A program made the translations under genes and the position numbers. A stretch of DNA of 62,861 nucleotides, counting the filler, from Lenisia limosa (Eukaryota; Protista; Breviatea): the NCBI GenBank assembly GCA_001655205.1. It is 12 parts of 12 records of this genome, joined end to end, with 100 filler letters (N's around TTAATTAATTAA, not from the genome) between each part and the next. Parts side by side here need not be neighbours in the genome. Positions count along the whole stretch, not along the records: positions 1 to 2,332 come from LPNZ01007583.1; positions 2,433 to 3,983 come from LPNZ01006730.1; positions 4,084 to 5,727 come from LPNZ01009083.1; positions 5,828 to 27,930 come from LPNZ01003542.1; 8 more parts are not named here. The stretch is one strand, 5' to 3'. The first letter of the stretch is position 1, and each line of letters opens with the position of its first letter. Positions 1-12,013 of the stretch are shown here, one piece after another. Below the pieces are notes generated by a model that did not search any database, had not been told where the DNA came from, and saw nothing but the letters and a program-made list of their open reading frames with translations.

Positions 1-67
1 AAAACAAATGTCAGGAAGGGCTCATGGCAAATTCAGATCCCACCAAATGCATATCACCTATTGCTTT

Positions 68-244
68 CCACCGGGAAAAGTCTTGACCAATTTGCTGTAA
101 TAACTGTTCATGATACGTCTTGACCAATTTTGCTAGGGCTTCACTTCGGTTTGGTGAAATATCGATAGTTTTCAAGGTTTTTCGAACTGAATCCCTCATG
201 ATTTCCCAAGGAAAAAAGGTCAAGACTTATCCCAGTCACTGTAC
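68..244. mobile_element. MITE family B (Tc1/mariner-like) carrying a truncated family A MITE (~135-197)
   Basis: Left ..CCGGGAAAAGTCTTGACC and right GGTCAAGACTTATCCCAGTCACTG-TA inverted repeats, interrupted by TAGGGCTTCACTTCGGTT.. Confidence 0.75.
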
Positions 245-359
245 GTATACCCCCACCCCCACATACACACACANNNNNNNNNNNNNNNNNNNNNNNNNNN
301 NNNNNNNNNNNNNNNNNNNNNNNNNNNNNNNNNNNNNNNNNNNNNNNNNNNNNNNNNNN

Positions 360-435
360 TCGGTTCTAAAAGAGACTGATTTTCTCGAAAACTATCGATA
401 TTTTACCGTCTTTTTCGAACCGAAGTGGAGCCCTA
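360..435. mobile_element. MITE family A copy (left end in N gap)
   Basis: Ends ..TTCGAACCGAAGTGGAGCCCTA; internal ATCGATATTTT core shared with other copies. Confidence 0.75.
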
Positions 436-461
436 GTCCCAAATCCATTCCCCGCCCCCAC

Positions 462-2262
462 CTTAAGACGCATCAAGGCTGTTTTCAAGGTGCTGTCGCG
501 ACTTTTGAGGCGATGTCCTTCGTCAATGACCAAATAGTGCCACACGGGTTTCTGGGGGAGATTATTGGCTGGCGTTCTTCTGGTTCATTTAAAACATTAT
601 ATTTCTGAAAAAAATAATAGTTGTACCCTAAACATCGCCCAGCGCCCCATACTTCGAGGAAAGCAATGTCTCTTTGCGCAATTTCGTAGGTTGTGATAAC
701 CACCTAAAGCGTGACCGAAGGGAAGAAGGATAAGAAGATAAACAACTATGACCAACGAGAAGAAGGATACGAAGACACGCACCACCAAATCCTTGATTCC
801 CAAAAATTTGTTCATCCCCCAAACAAAAAAACAACTTCTGAGTTCAATAATAATATAAATGATCACCCCCCCCCCCACACAATATTTATTAAATATGCCC
901 TCCGAACCTGTATTTTGAGGGGATGTTGCGGGGGTCGTAAAGGGCGTCCGTCTGCATCCGTGTAGAAGAACTGAAATGTATTAAAAAAGTGTAGAAAATC
1001 TGAGGAAATGTAAGAGTAAATATTGTTTTGACTGTTGGTGAACAGGGATGAATTGCATACATAGCCCCCCTCTCCCCACCTCATGATCTTTCATGATCTG
1101 GCGCGAGTCTGGAGATCCGTGGAAAACCAGCGTATTGAGATCTGTCCATCCCGTGAATTCTCTCTGGGGGGGGGGGGGGGGNNNNNNNNNNNNNNNNNNN
1201 NNNNNNNNNNNNNNNNNNNNNNNNNNNNNNNNNNNNNNNNNNNNNNNNNNNNNNNAAATTCCAGGGCTGTTGCTTCTGTATCACCACATCACGTAGAATG
1301 GAAAGCGGATATGGGTTAACATTTTGATTATTTAATTAATCATACCTCCCAATGTGCCAAGGTTGATAGCGGGGCGATAATGAGGAACGGTCCTCTGATA
1401 AGGCGGTCTGAGGCAAGCCAATTGACTATGGACATCGTCTGCACGGTCTTGCCCAATCCTGAGTAAATGAGCCTGGTAAAATAGGGAGTGGATGGCAAGA
1501 AAGAAGAAAATGGATAGATGTGAGTTCAAGAGGACGGCAAGCAAAAACTAAAAATGAAGATGTGTTTGCAACATCCCCAGAGCACCATTGCAGTATCAAT
1601 AAGGCTTCACTTCGGTTCGAAAAAAGACTGAATTTTCGATAAATCCTCGAAAGCTATCGATATTTTCCTGAACCGAAGTGAAGCCTTCCTCAGAAAATTA
1701 CCCCCCACCCCCGTACCCATTTCATCAGCAAGAATGCCAGATCTCCTGTTTAGCCAGTNNNNNNNNNNNNNNNNNNNNNNNNNNNNNNNNNNNNNNNNNN
1801 NNNNNAATCGCATCCAGTTCAGTCCCTCAACCTGGTACGAACGAAGTTGATTGCCTCCCTACCATGGTTAATGATTTTGGTAAAATGTTCTATAAATTTG
1901 GGGAAATCATAAATGATTAAACGCGAACTGTTGAATAAACCAGAGAAAAAATCAAAGCCGATTTACAATGGTAAATAAATATAACTGGTATGTATATAAA
2001 TTTGGGTAATGATCATCATTTTGAAATGATGCAAATAGAGTTAGTTAATAAATGTGATGAAATGTTATTATTTTGGAGTAATACGAAGAAATGGTTGGTG
2101 CATTCGATGATATGATTACTATATATGATATTATACTACATCAGAGTATTTCTGAGTATTTTAAAAAAACCTCCCTTATCACCTTATAACTTGGGCTTTC
2201 TGAGTATTTGAACAGCCTTCCGAAATCTGCTGCTGAAACAAACTGAGGCCTCTTGTTTTTGG
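462..2262 (-). CDS. CHD-family (CHD6-9-like) SNF2 chromatin-remodelling ATPase, internal multi-exon fragment
   Basis: Spliced exons give QLRSYQVEGLNWM, GILADEMG-LGKTVQT (motif I), GPFLIIAPLSTLAHWE (Ia), EFTGWTDLNTLVFHGSPDSRQIMKDHE, VVITTYE, WHYLVIDEGHRLK (DExH). The WT-x-N-xx-V-[FY]-HG segment resembles CHD7/8/9. Confidence 0.9.
1600..1687. mobile_element. MITE family A copy in CHD intron
   Basis: AAGGCTTCACTTCGGTTCG...GAACCGAAGTGAAGCCTT terminal inverted repeat. Confidence 0.85.
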
Positions 2263-2332
2263 CTGCGGTGGTAGGGGGTGAGAAATGACATTTTAATTCA
2301 ACAAAAACAAAAAAAAAAGGCCCGAATGGGGG

Positions 2333-2432
2333 NNNNNNNNNNNNNNNNNNNNNNNNNNNNNNNNNNNNNNNNNNNNTTAATTAATTAANNNNNNNNNNNN
2401 NNNNNNNNNNNNNNNNNNNNNNNNNNNNNNNN
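2333..2432. other. Artificial scaffold-joining linker (N44-TTAATTAATTAA-N44); 11 copies in the window
   Basis: Identical 12-mer (stops in all six frames) flanked by 44 N on each side at 2377, 4028, 5772, 27975, 34335, 40319, 42018, 44022, 52738, 54331, 56697. Confidence 0.97.
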
Positions 2433-2889
2433 TTATTTTATGGATTGTTTTTTTTTCCGCCGCCCACCTTTGCGTGTCTGTCTGTGTCAGAACTCTTGAA
2501 CATTAATTGGCAACAGAGGATTCTGATTTTTTTGGTTGTAAAAAAAAGTGATAAGAGTAACCCCAAGGTTGTAATTCATAGTGACACATCAACTAATTGG
2601 TGGGTGAAAGAACCCACATCACCAATCAACTACATTGCTTTTGATGAATTTACTGATAAGAAACAAAATATTTCTATTTCGGTTGAATTGCATCAATCAT
2701 ATCACCCCCCTCTCTCCCTACCATCTCATTGTCACTTTTTGGGATGCGGTGCTGNNNNNNNNNNNNNNNNNNNNNNNNNNNNNNNNNNNNNNNNNNNNNN
2801 NNNNNNNNNNNNNNNNNNNNNNNNNNNNNNNNNNNNNNNNNNNNNNNNNNNTAAAAAAGTTCCAATTTTACCCCTCCCCCCCAGCCATC

Positions 2890-3705
2890 CCTAAGGAAGC
2901 CATGGGAATGTCGCCGCATTATTCAGAGCTTTATTTCGGCTGGCCTCATTAAAACGGCCCTTAACAAGAGTACGTGGCCTGGTATATTCATGTTATTGGA
3001 TCTTTTATGTGTGACTCCTCTTAATAGTTGGGTTAAATTTATTTATGATATTAGTAGGGTTTCCCACGGTCCGTTTAAGTATTGATATTTATTGAAGATT
3101 TATCGAGAAATTCAGTCTTTTTGGGGGTCGTAGGGAAGCTCTTTTTTTATATAATATACGAACAGTCTATCCCCCATGCATTTCTATTGCTCACCTCCAC
3201 CCTCAGAACAAGGTCCACACGAGGTACTAATTCTGAACCTCTTCCGTCTAGCACAAGAAATCGAGCCTGCAAGTTTGCGGGTATATAATAGGGGGGGGGG
3301 GGCTTTGCTTGTTTTTTTTTNNNNNNNNNNNNNNNNNNNNNNNNNNNNNNNNNNNNNNNNNNNNNNNNNNNNNNNNNNNNNNNNNNNNNNNNNNNNNNNN
3401 NNNNNNNNNNNNNNNNNTGTGTTTATACTCAACATACATTGATTTGGCCTTTTTTGTTTCATAGATTTTCCATGTTTACATGGATGCAGTGCTGCAGGAG
3501 CAACTGGCCTGGGCTTTGTTTTGTTGTTATCAACCCTTCTGTGTTTATAGCCAACGTTGTTGATTTTGGGCTTTTTTGTTTCATAAATTTTCCATCCCCT
3601 CCCCCGACCCCCACTTCATCATCGTTCTTGTTAACCGCAATAGCTGAGGCCTTTGGGTCAGTCTTCACCACCGACGACTGGATAAGGCACAAGGAGAAGC
3701 TAAGG
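2890..3705 (+). CDS. Hypothetical protein, spliced exon fragments
   Basis: Open AG..GT-bounded segments at ~2896-2972, ~3207-3281 (EQGPHEVLILNLFRLAQEIEPASLR) and ~3643-3704 (AEAFGSVFTTDDWIRHKEKLR); no family recognised. Confidence 0.4.
3055..3142. mobile_element. MITE family A, variant subfamily (CTTCCCTACGGTCC-type ends)
   Basis: TAGGGTTTCCCACGGTCC...GGTCGTAGGGAAGCTCT with the family core TTTATCGAGAAATTCAGTCTTTT. Confidence 0.65.
3487..3605. repeat. Dispersed repeat family D copy (intronic; C-rich end toward the acceptor)
   Basis: TGCTGCAGGAGCAACTGGCCTGGGCTTTG...GATTTTGGGCTTTTTTGTTTCATAAATTTTCC..CCCC matches copies at 40527, 51897, 56402. Confidence 0.8.
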
Positions 3706-3756
3706 TGGGGGTAAAGTTGTGATGTAGGAAATATAGTATGTATGTATATTTATATG

Positions 3757-3837
3757 TATGGTGACCGGGATATGTTTTGACCGGTCTGCTATAATGATTT
3801 CTAAAGGAAAATAGGGCAAGAGTTTCCGGTCACTGTA
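3757..3837. mobile_element. MITE family B copy
   Basis: GTGACCGGGATATGTTTTGACC...GGGCAAGAGTTTCCGGTCACTG-TA inverted ends; internal ATGATTTC-AAGGAAAA core. Confidence 0.7.
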
Positions 3838-4134
3838 TATACAAGAAAAGGACTGGAATGAATTGCTGGCATTTTATTTTTGCTTCATAAATTTCTTTTT
3901 GCCCATATTCCTCCTCGAAATTTCTCTTTTTACTCGGGCTTTTTTTTTTGTTTCATAAATTCCATTTTAACCCCCCCCCCCCCNNNNNNNNNNNNNNNNN
4001 NNNNNNNNNNNNNNNNNNNNNNNNNNNTTAATTAATTAANNNNNNNNNNNNNNNNNNNNNNNNNNNNNNNNNNNNNNNNNNNNGAGAAATGGAATGCAAA
4101 AGAGAGATTTGAGTTGCATTTTAATAAAACCTAC

Positions 4135-5727
4135 CTGGGGCTGTGGGTGAGCAGGAGCAGTCATCGCCGGTAAATCCACCAGTGCAGGAACAGACTCCGC
4201 TGTAATTGTGTTACGGTAATAATGCAATAATACGAAAAAAATACTGCCAGTAATTGATAGTAACACTTTAAATAGCACAAAAAGCCCCCACCAATCACAG
4301 GTTCCCTGGTCGGAGCATGTTTTGCCCTCGACGGCAGTGGGACAGGCCGCTACCGGGCAGTTGCAATCAGAACCGGTCCACCCAGGCTCGCACTAGGAAC
4401 GTGAGGATTGGGGAGGGGGTCAAATTGGAAATCTCATGAAACCAAAAAAAAAAGCCCAAGAATTTACCCATCATATAGCCCCCCTCCCCCAGATACATAG
4501 AGTGAGCCTTGATCGATTTGCTATCTGATTTCTCAAGGAAAATCGGTCAACTTATCTCAGTCACTGTACATATGTAGTGCATGCAGATCATATATTAAAG
4601 AAATACCCCCCCCCCCCNNNNNNNNNNNNNNNNNNNNNNNNNNNNNNNNNNNNNNNNNNNNNNNNNNNNNNNNNNNNNNNNNNNNNNNNNNNNNNNNNNN
4701 NNNNNNNNNNNNNNNNNNNNNNNNNNNNNNNNNNNNNNNNNNNNNNNNNNNNNNNNNNNNNNNNNNNNNNNNNNNNNNNNNNNNNNNNNNNNNNNNNNNN
4801 NNNNNNNNNNNNNNNNNNNNNNNNNNNNNNNNNNNNNNNCAATAACACACCATTTAATACAATAAAAGAACAAAGATACCCCCACCCACCGCCCTTGAAA
4901 CCGGGATGGCACTCGCAGGTTCCGCAGTTGCAGTCACCATGTCCAGAGCAGCCGTTATCACAGGGCAGGAGCGAGCACGAGCAATCGTTCTTGGTGGTGC
5001 TGTGCGTGTATCCGGCGTCACAAATGCACTCTCCGCAGTCACAATAGCCGTGGTCGCAGGGATCAGCGCAGACAGTGGTGTCGTCACATTGGCAATCGCT
5101 GCCAGTCTTTCCAGCAGGGCAGACACAGGTTCCGCAGGGGCAACTTCCTGCGGTATGAAAGGAAAGCAAGAAACACAGAAAATAAATCTTATCAATTGTC
5201 AAAAAAACACAGAAAATAGGGACACAAAATAATACATAGGGATATCACAATACAAAATTGCACCAGATACCCCCCCCCCCNNNNNNNNNNNNNNNNNNNN
5301 NNNNNNNNNNNNNNNNNNNNNNNNNNNNNNNNNNNNNNNNNNNNNNNNNNNNNNNNNNNNNNNNNNNNNNNNNNNNNNNNNNNNNNNNNNNNNNNNTCAC
5401 ATTCACACTAGGGAAAAAAAAATAATGGGGATAAAGGAAGTGAAAATAAAATTTCAAAAAAAAAACCCTAAGTACGGGTGATAGCACAATTGAATGTTTG
5501 ACTAAAATTAGAAAAAAAAAGTGCGGTATGGGGTATGGGGTAAGTATAGATAAGGGGTGGGGGTACACAACAGAATTCAACAGAGTCGGTAGGAGATGAA
5601 CAGTACAGCTAGCCCCCTACAGTATCGCAATCACAAGTGCCGTGACCAGCACAAGGAGCCATGGCTTCTCCAGCATCGGGACAAGAGGAGGCGGCAGGAC
5701 AGCTGCAGTCTTCGCCGGTGAAGGAGG
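4135..5727 (-). CDS. Cys-rich tandem EGF array of integrin-beta I-EGF/tenascin type (fragment of an extracellular protein)
   Basis: Exons give FTGEDCSC..CAGHGTCDC, CPCGTCVCPAGKTGSDCQC, CDHGYCDCGECICDAGY, CSGHGDCNCGTCECHPGFKG, CEPGWTGSDCNC..CSDQGTCDC, GVCSCTGGFTGDDCSC. The repeating C-S-G-H-G-x-C-x-C-G-x-C-x-C-xx-G-xx-G-xx-C-x-C pattern is typical of integrin-beta I-EGF modules. Confidence 0.8.
4494..4567. mobile_element. MITE family B copy (degenerate left end)
   Basis: ..CTTGATCGATTTGCTATCTGATTTCTCAAGGAAAATCGGTCAACTTATCTCAGTCACTG-TA. Confidence 0.65.
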
Positions 5728-5879
5728 NNNNNNNNNNNNNNNNNNNNNNNNNNNNNNNNNNNNNNNNNNNNTTAATTAATTAANNNNNNNNNNNNNNNNN
5801 NNNNNNNNNNNNNNNNNNNNNNNNNNNCAGTCGCTTCTGCAGCACCGCATTCCATCACTCCAGCGTATCCCACCACAGT

Positions 5880-8800
5880 TCAACATGGATTACCAGAGAA
5901 CTTTCATTTCCTGGCCCACTCAGTCTATTTCTAATGTCGATGCGTGTGGCAAAACCAATCAGAACGGGCTCCTCAATAGACCTGATGACAGGCCACCCGC
6001 TGTAGCTTGAAGTCCGACACAAGCGATCTGGGGGGAGAGAGTAAAATTGGAAAATCTCTGAAACAAAAAAGTGACGGTGTCAGACAAAAAAAAAAGATGT
6101 TACCCCCCACCAAGGGACGCCAATGTGATGCCACGAGCAGGCAGGCAGGAAACAGGACTCGTCATAACTTCCTCGGCAGTGCTGTGTGGAATTCTCTCGG
6201 ATTTCGAGTCTGTTTGGAGTAAGCCATCTCAATTCTTATGACTCATTTTGCTTCCATAAATACAGGTAAAATATCGATGGTTATCCCCATAAATAAAAAA
6301 GATATCGATCCATCTTAGAAAACAGACGAAAATGAACACAGCTATGCTTTTGGCAAAAAAAAAGCAAAGAAAGTCCCATACCCACCAAGGAAGGGGAAAC
6401 CCTTGAGGTAAATATGCGCATCGTAGCTAAAATATGAGCACAAATAAGGGTTCTCTTTTCCAATACAGGGGGGGGGGGGTCNNNNNNNNNNNNNNNNNNN
6501 NNNNNNNNNNNNNNNNNNNNNNNNNNNNNNNNNNNNNNNNNNNNNNNNNNNNNNNNNNNNNNNNNNNNNNNNNNNNNNNNNNNNNNNNNNNNNNNNNNNN
6601 NNNNNNNNNNNNNNNNNNNACATGTAAGATAATTAAGTTGTTTTTGCTCGGCATTTTCCAAGGACATGTAAGAGAAAGATAAAATATAACAAAATGTATG
6701 TGATATCTTATATAATATTAACCAGCCTTCGCAGCTCCATGCTCAGAACCCGACCTACATTCCGTCCCTTCCGAAAGCGTCGGCAACAAATTTGGCTGTC
6801 ATAGTGGCAACCATAATCTGAGCAAGTAAGAAAAAACAAATTGGGTCATTTTCAAATTGTAACTGTATGGGGGGGGGGGTCCCCTCCGTCCTTTACTGAG
6901 AATGATNNNNNNNNNNNNNNNNNNNNNNNNNNNNNNNNNNNNNNNNNNNNNNNNNNNNNNNNNNNNNNNNNNNNNNCACAATATGACAAAAAAGACTAAC
7001 TTTACAGCTGAATCACCATTACCCTGCTCCCCTTATCATATGTCATGTCAATAATAATAGTACTACTCTCTATGCCCACGGGAAGGACGTATCTGATACC
7101 TCCAGTCAGTTCGAACATGATGACCACAAGGCTGATTGTCATTCGTGTGACTCCTCCGAGACAAGCGGCTGCCCCGATAACTGCGTAGAGCCCTGCAATA
7201 ATTAGTCATTCTTTGCATAGCTATGCTGTTTGGCATTTTTCAACAAATGATGTCATATGGTAGAGTGCGCTCAATGAGTGTGTTCAAACTCAACAAAGTG
7301 ACTGAGAGTGTGCATGGAATTGTGTTTATGGTTTCCCTCTAATACATTGATTTATACTACCCAGATGTTTTGATGTATTTGCTTGCTCTAAACAAGAACT
7401 TGAAGCAAATCCAGCAAAGGGAATGCGTGATATAATAGCCCTCAAACCAGGCTGGATGCAAGAGGTGTGGTCAGAGCATGTCGCAAACAAGAGCCATGAA
7501 CTGTGTTCCCTGTATGGTAAGTCTAGTTTTTAAAAGTCCAAATATGGTAACCGCCCGGTCATTGTTTGGAAAGTCCTTCATCGCCTACTTGACAAAGTTG
7601 TTGAAGATGATGCCAAGCACGCGGCCGAAGCAAGCACCAATACCCATTGTCGGGATGAAGAGACCACTAGGAACCTAGGAGGGGGTAAGGTTGATGGCAC
7701 TGTATGATATAGAAAACGAAGGAAATAGGGTTTTCTAATTCAAAACGCTCTAATTTCAAGCATTTGAATATCAAACTCTTGAGTCAACTATTGTCTCCAG
7801 AGATACAAGGAAGCCCCAGCCCGGCTCACCGCAAGACCGTAAGTGAAGGACACCAGTACAAACTTCGTCAAGGCAGCCAGCAGCAACCAGGGGATGGGGT
7901 CTTCATCGCCGCACAGGTCGTTGAAGGCCGGCGAGTCCTTCATTGAGGGGTCGCAGTCGTTGAACATCGTCGCCATCGTGCGGGAGGATGAGCCTCTGGG
8001 GGTGGAGTAAATATATCAAGTACAGAATTGAAAAATGGCAACACACTCCCCACACACCACAAAATAAAAAAATAACAAATAAAAAAACAACAAAATATCA
8101 TTAAAGTTATAAGGATGACAATAATAATAATAATAAAGAGTAACGTGACCCCGAAAATCAACATTATTGAGAGTGCCTTATTTGATAATTTGAAATGAGA
8201 ATACAAACGGAAATAGTCAATACCAAATCTAACCTGAGGAAGGGGTTGGTGTAGTTGATGGTCGCGGTAACGAGAGCAACAATAGCAACCTGGGTATAAA
8301 AAGAAAAAGAACCATTTAATTTAAGTACTGCTTGTTTGAGGTGGTGGTGGGGGGTTATAATTGCTAGTTTGTTGTTTTTTTTACTAGGATTCCAGCCAAA
8401 TTGATTCAGGGGATTGATCGAAGATGTATCCAATTGTAATGGGTAGGTTCAACCCCCAACGCCAACCTCCACGATGGGGAACTTTCGTCGCCAGCTGGTT
8501 TTGCGGCGATTGCACCACCAGATGTTGGCCTTGATGAAGACGCTGCCGACAAACCCTGAAACCATCAACGGACAATGACATTCTCAAAGCCCAGCAAAAA
8601 ATAGAAGTTAACACTATCAATCATTGAACTGGTATAGAAAAGCCCCTCCCCCCTCGCCCAAACGCACCGCCAAAGAGTCCAATAAGCAACACGGGGAAGA
8701 CCTCGAACCAATTCCACTCAATGTCGAAAGCTACCTACAAGGGGGATTCTTAGTTATGTTGTACGTATATACCACTATTAATCAGGTTATTAACAGAGAT

Positions 8801-11722
8801 TGAAAGGAACACACATCTCCAGCGAAAATACATTATGTTACACACGTCATATCTTTTTCTTTATCATATAGACTCATAAATATCATACATGGCATTCCCA
8901 CCTCAAACATGACCAATTTGCCCTTGTGCAGGGGATTGAGAGAGTGCATGGTCATTGCCGCGATAACAGCACAGTAGAATGAGCGCCACAACGTTTTGTG
9001 AGCAAAATAGTAGGAAACTTCCTCAATAGAAAACAGGACTCCTCCAACCTGATAGGTGAATAGGCAGTAACCGGCGAACAATATGAACGATAAAAGATGT
9101 CCTTTGTTCGCAGGACCACGATCATGAAAGTGGACACCCAGGGCGTACAGGGGCACCGAAAGCGACGGAAACACCGGCAGCACAAGCCGCGGACAACAGC
9201 TCTCTTTTCTTGGCTGGGAGGCGGATGAAGGATAATCGATGAATGAGGAAAAGGGAGATGAAATAAAACATGAAAGAGTCACAAAATAGCAAGAGAAGAA
9301 TCTTTCGTAATAAGGGGTGCGATAGAGGATTACCTTCGTTTTTGGAGTATTTTGGAAACAACCGTGTCACGACATTGGCCAATGCACAGGCAATATGAAC
9401 AAAGGGACCTATAATCGTGAGAATCGCTCCGAAAAATTTTGTATTATGAAAATAATGATGCACCAAATATGGTACTTGCAACATACCTTCTTTTCCAAGG
9501 TTGAGACCTGAGGCAACAGAAACCATCTTCAAAGTTAAAGGGTGATACAAAAATAAACTGAAGCTGTTTTATTATAATTATACGGGTATAAAAGAGTACA
9601 ATTATCCCACCATTGCCCCCCCCCCCCNNNNNNNNNNNNNNNNNNNNNNNNNNNNNNNNNNNNNNNNNNNNNNNNNNNNNNNNNNNNNNNNNNNNNNNNN
9701 NNNNGGAAGCCTCTTAATACGAATCCCGACAGAATAACCTGGTGAAAAATAAGCATATAAGAAGCAAAGAAAAGTTTCAACTCTAATGGAGGCTTCGTCA
9801 CTAATTTCCATGAGGAAAAAAATAAACAGCAACTGAGAATAATGAAACCAGTCTTAACAAAAGCAATGCAAAGAAGAAGCGGAAAATTGAGCACAGTAAA
9901 CCCCACCTTGACTTCGGGAAGACCAGAACCGGCAGCGAAGGGAGAAATGTAGCTTACTCCAACTGCGGCAATAGTGGCAAACATTACCTGAGGGTGAAGG
10001 AATCAACGCGATGCTGATGACGGGCAATAACATTATTAACATCAAGACTTAATATGTCCGTCCGTAACACTTGCTGGTAATATTTAGGTTTGCTTCCGTC
10101 AAAAAAAGACAAGGGAAACATCAATGTTATTCGGGAGATTGCCAGCAGCATACGCAGAGGAAAACGTAGATACCGTACGACGTGAAGTAGGCAATTTCCG
10201 AGTCGGCAATGCTGTACAACGACGTCCAACTCATCCAAGAGGAATCGTCTNNNNNNNNNNNNNNNNNNNNNNNNNNNNNNNNNNNNNNNNNNNNNNNNNN
10301 NNNNNNNNNNNNNNNNNNNNNNNNNNNNNNNNNNNNNNNNNNNNNNCAATAACAAACACAGGCAACCAACGCTAAAACTAGAAAAAAAACATCTACCCAA
10401 CAGATAACTGTCCATAGATTCCCGGACACCCACCACAGTACTCCATAGAAGACAAGATGTTGTCGGTGCAATGCCCGGTTCGCCAATCAGTCAGCTTGTC
10501 CACCATCACTTCCACAAGGGTCGCAAACAGACCGGTCAGCACTCCTTGATGGTCAATATGTAGAATTGAGAAAAAAAAGTCCACACAATCACGTTTATAG
10601 GAGATACTGATTAGAGAAAACACGGCAATACAAAAAAGGGCGCCAAAATAGAAAGAAAAGAATAGATCCAAAACGATATTGTCATTGAAGATACTCAGAG
10701 TTATAATGAAGATCAGTTCTGCCACTTTGTTTTTTCGACTTTGATTGGTGCCTACATCACATGCTTTCAGGGATAGTGATTAAGCAATAACCCACCAATT
10801 AAAGTTAGGGCAATCCAGGCATTGGCAGCGTCAAGCTTCCAAACAAACCACGAAAAATACCCTGCTTCCTTGGGGAGGTGAGAGAAGAAGGAACATGACA
10901 AACGATTAAGTTCATCAACGAGAAGGACAAAATGGGAGGATAATAGGATGGGTAAAAGTGCCGAACTACCAACGTCAGTTATTCGTCTTAACAGGGTGGA
11001 GTCACTGAATGGTAGTGTTTTTGGCAAGTATGGTATTTGATAACGATTGCACTGACTTATCATTGACACCCACCCATATAAGGACTATGATGATCAAAAT
11101 TGACAAAGGCTTGCTAGTTCGCTCAATACTAATTCATTCAACTGACAGCGATGGCCCACAACAAAAAACGCAGACCTTTTTCAAAACGGTCTCTTCACGG
11201 CGCAACCTGTCGGCCTGCAGCTCAATAACCCAGTCGATAGTAGCACAGTCTGCCTGCTCCCTGTCACGCGTGCCTGAGGGTGAGTTGCATTGAATCATAA
11301 TCCTTATAAACTTGGTGTTCATGAAGTTTAAGGCAAATTAAATGAAATAATAATAAAAAAATACACTGTATTGCATATCCCTGATAACGATGAGGTGAAC
11401 GGCTTCAGCCGGGAATATTTTTGATTTATATTTCTCACGAAGTGACGACTCCAAATAGTTCTAAATGGTTTTTTTTTTCAAAAACAGTGGTTTCTCCAAT
11501 AACCAGGCAGATTTATTGGTATGTTCAAGAAAGTAGCTCACCAGCTCCCTCGGGTGCAACGTATTCGTGCTCATGGTGCGCTGCAACACGGATCGACGGA
11601 GTGTCGGATCGGGCAAGTCGGGAAGGTGTGCCGTTCCTCGTTGGTGGGGGGTTATTGCTGTTTTTATTATTGTTATTGGGTAGGAGGCGCTCCCGAACCC
11701 CTGAAGGTGGGGTTTCCGCCAT
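5880..11722 (-). CDS. CLC-family chloride/proton exchanger (CLC-3/4/5/Gef1-like) with CBS domains; ~20 exons, 3' end cut by the scaffold edge
   Basis: ATG at 11722; TIDWV; [13 protein letters not shown]; LNLGKEG-PFVHIA (gating Glu); [23 protein letters not shown] (proton Glu); GLFIPTM; [31 protein letters not shown]; [13 protein letters not shown]; CBS segments AEEVMTSPV and YSGWPVI..LIGFATR. Confidence 0.95.
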
Positions 11723-12013
11723 GATCTCGGGGTGGACTCCCTCTCCTCTCCTTCTTGCGCTTGATTTGACTATAAAACTCGTAAAAATACAAAACTTGTA
11801 GACATTGAAGAGGAATTGGAAGATGAAACGAAAACGAATAAATATGATCTATGCAATCTACAATCCAATGGTCTCAGCAGTCTTTTTGGGGAGAGAAGAG
11901 AAGAGGAAGAGAAGCAGAGAAGCAAACAAAACAACATCTAACTGTCTTGTATATGCGGAGGAAAGAAAAAATAACAGATCCACACATATCTATATATCAT
12001 TGGTCTACTACAT

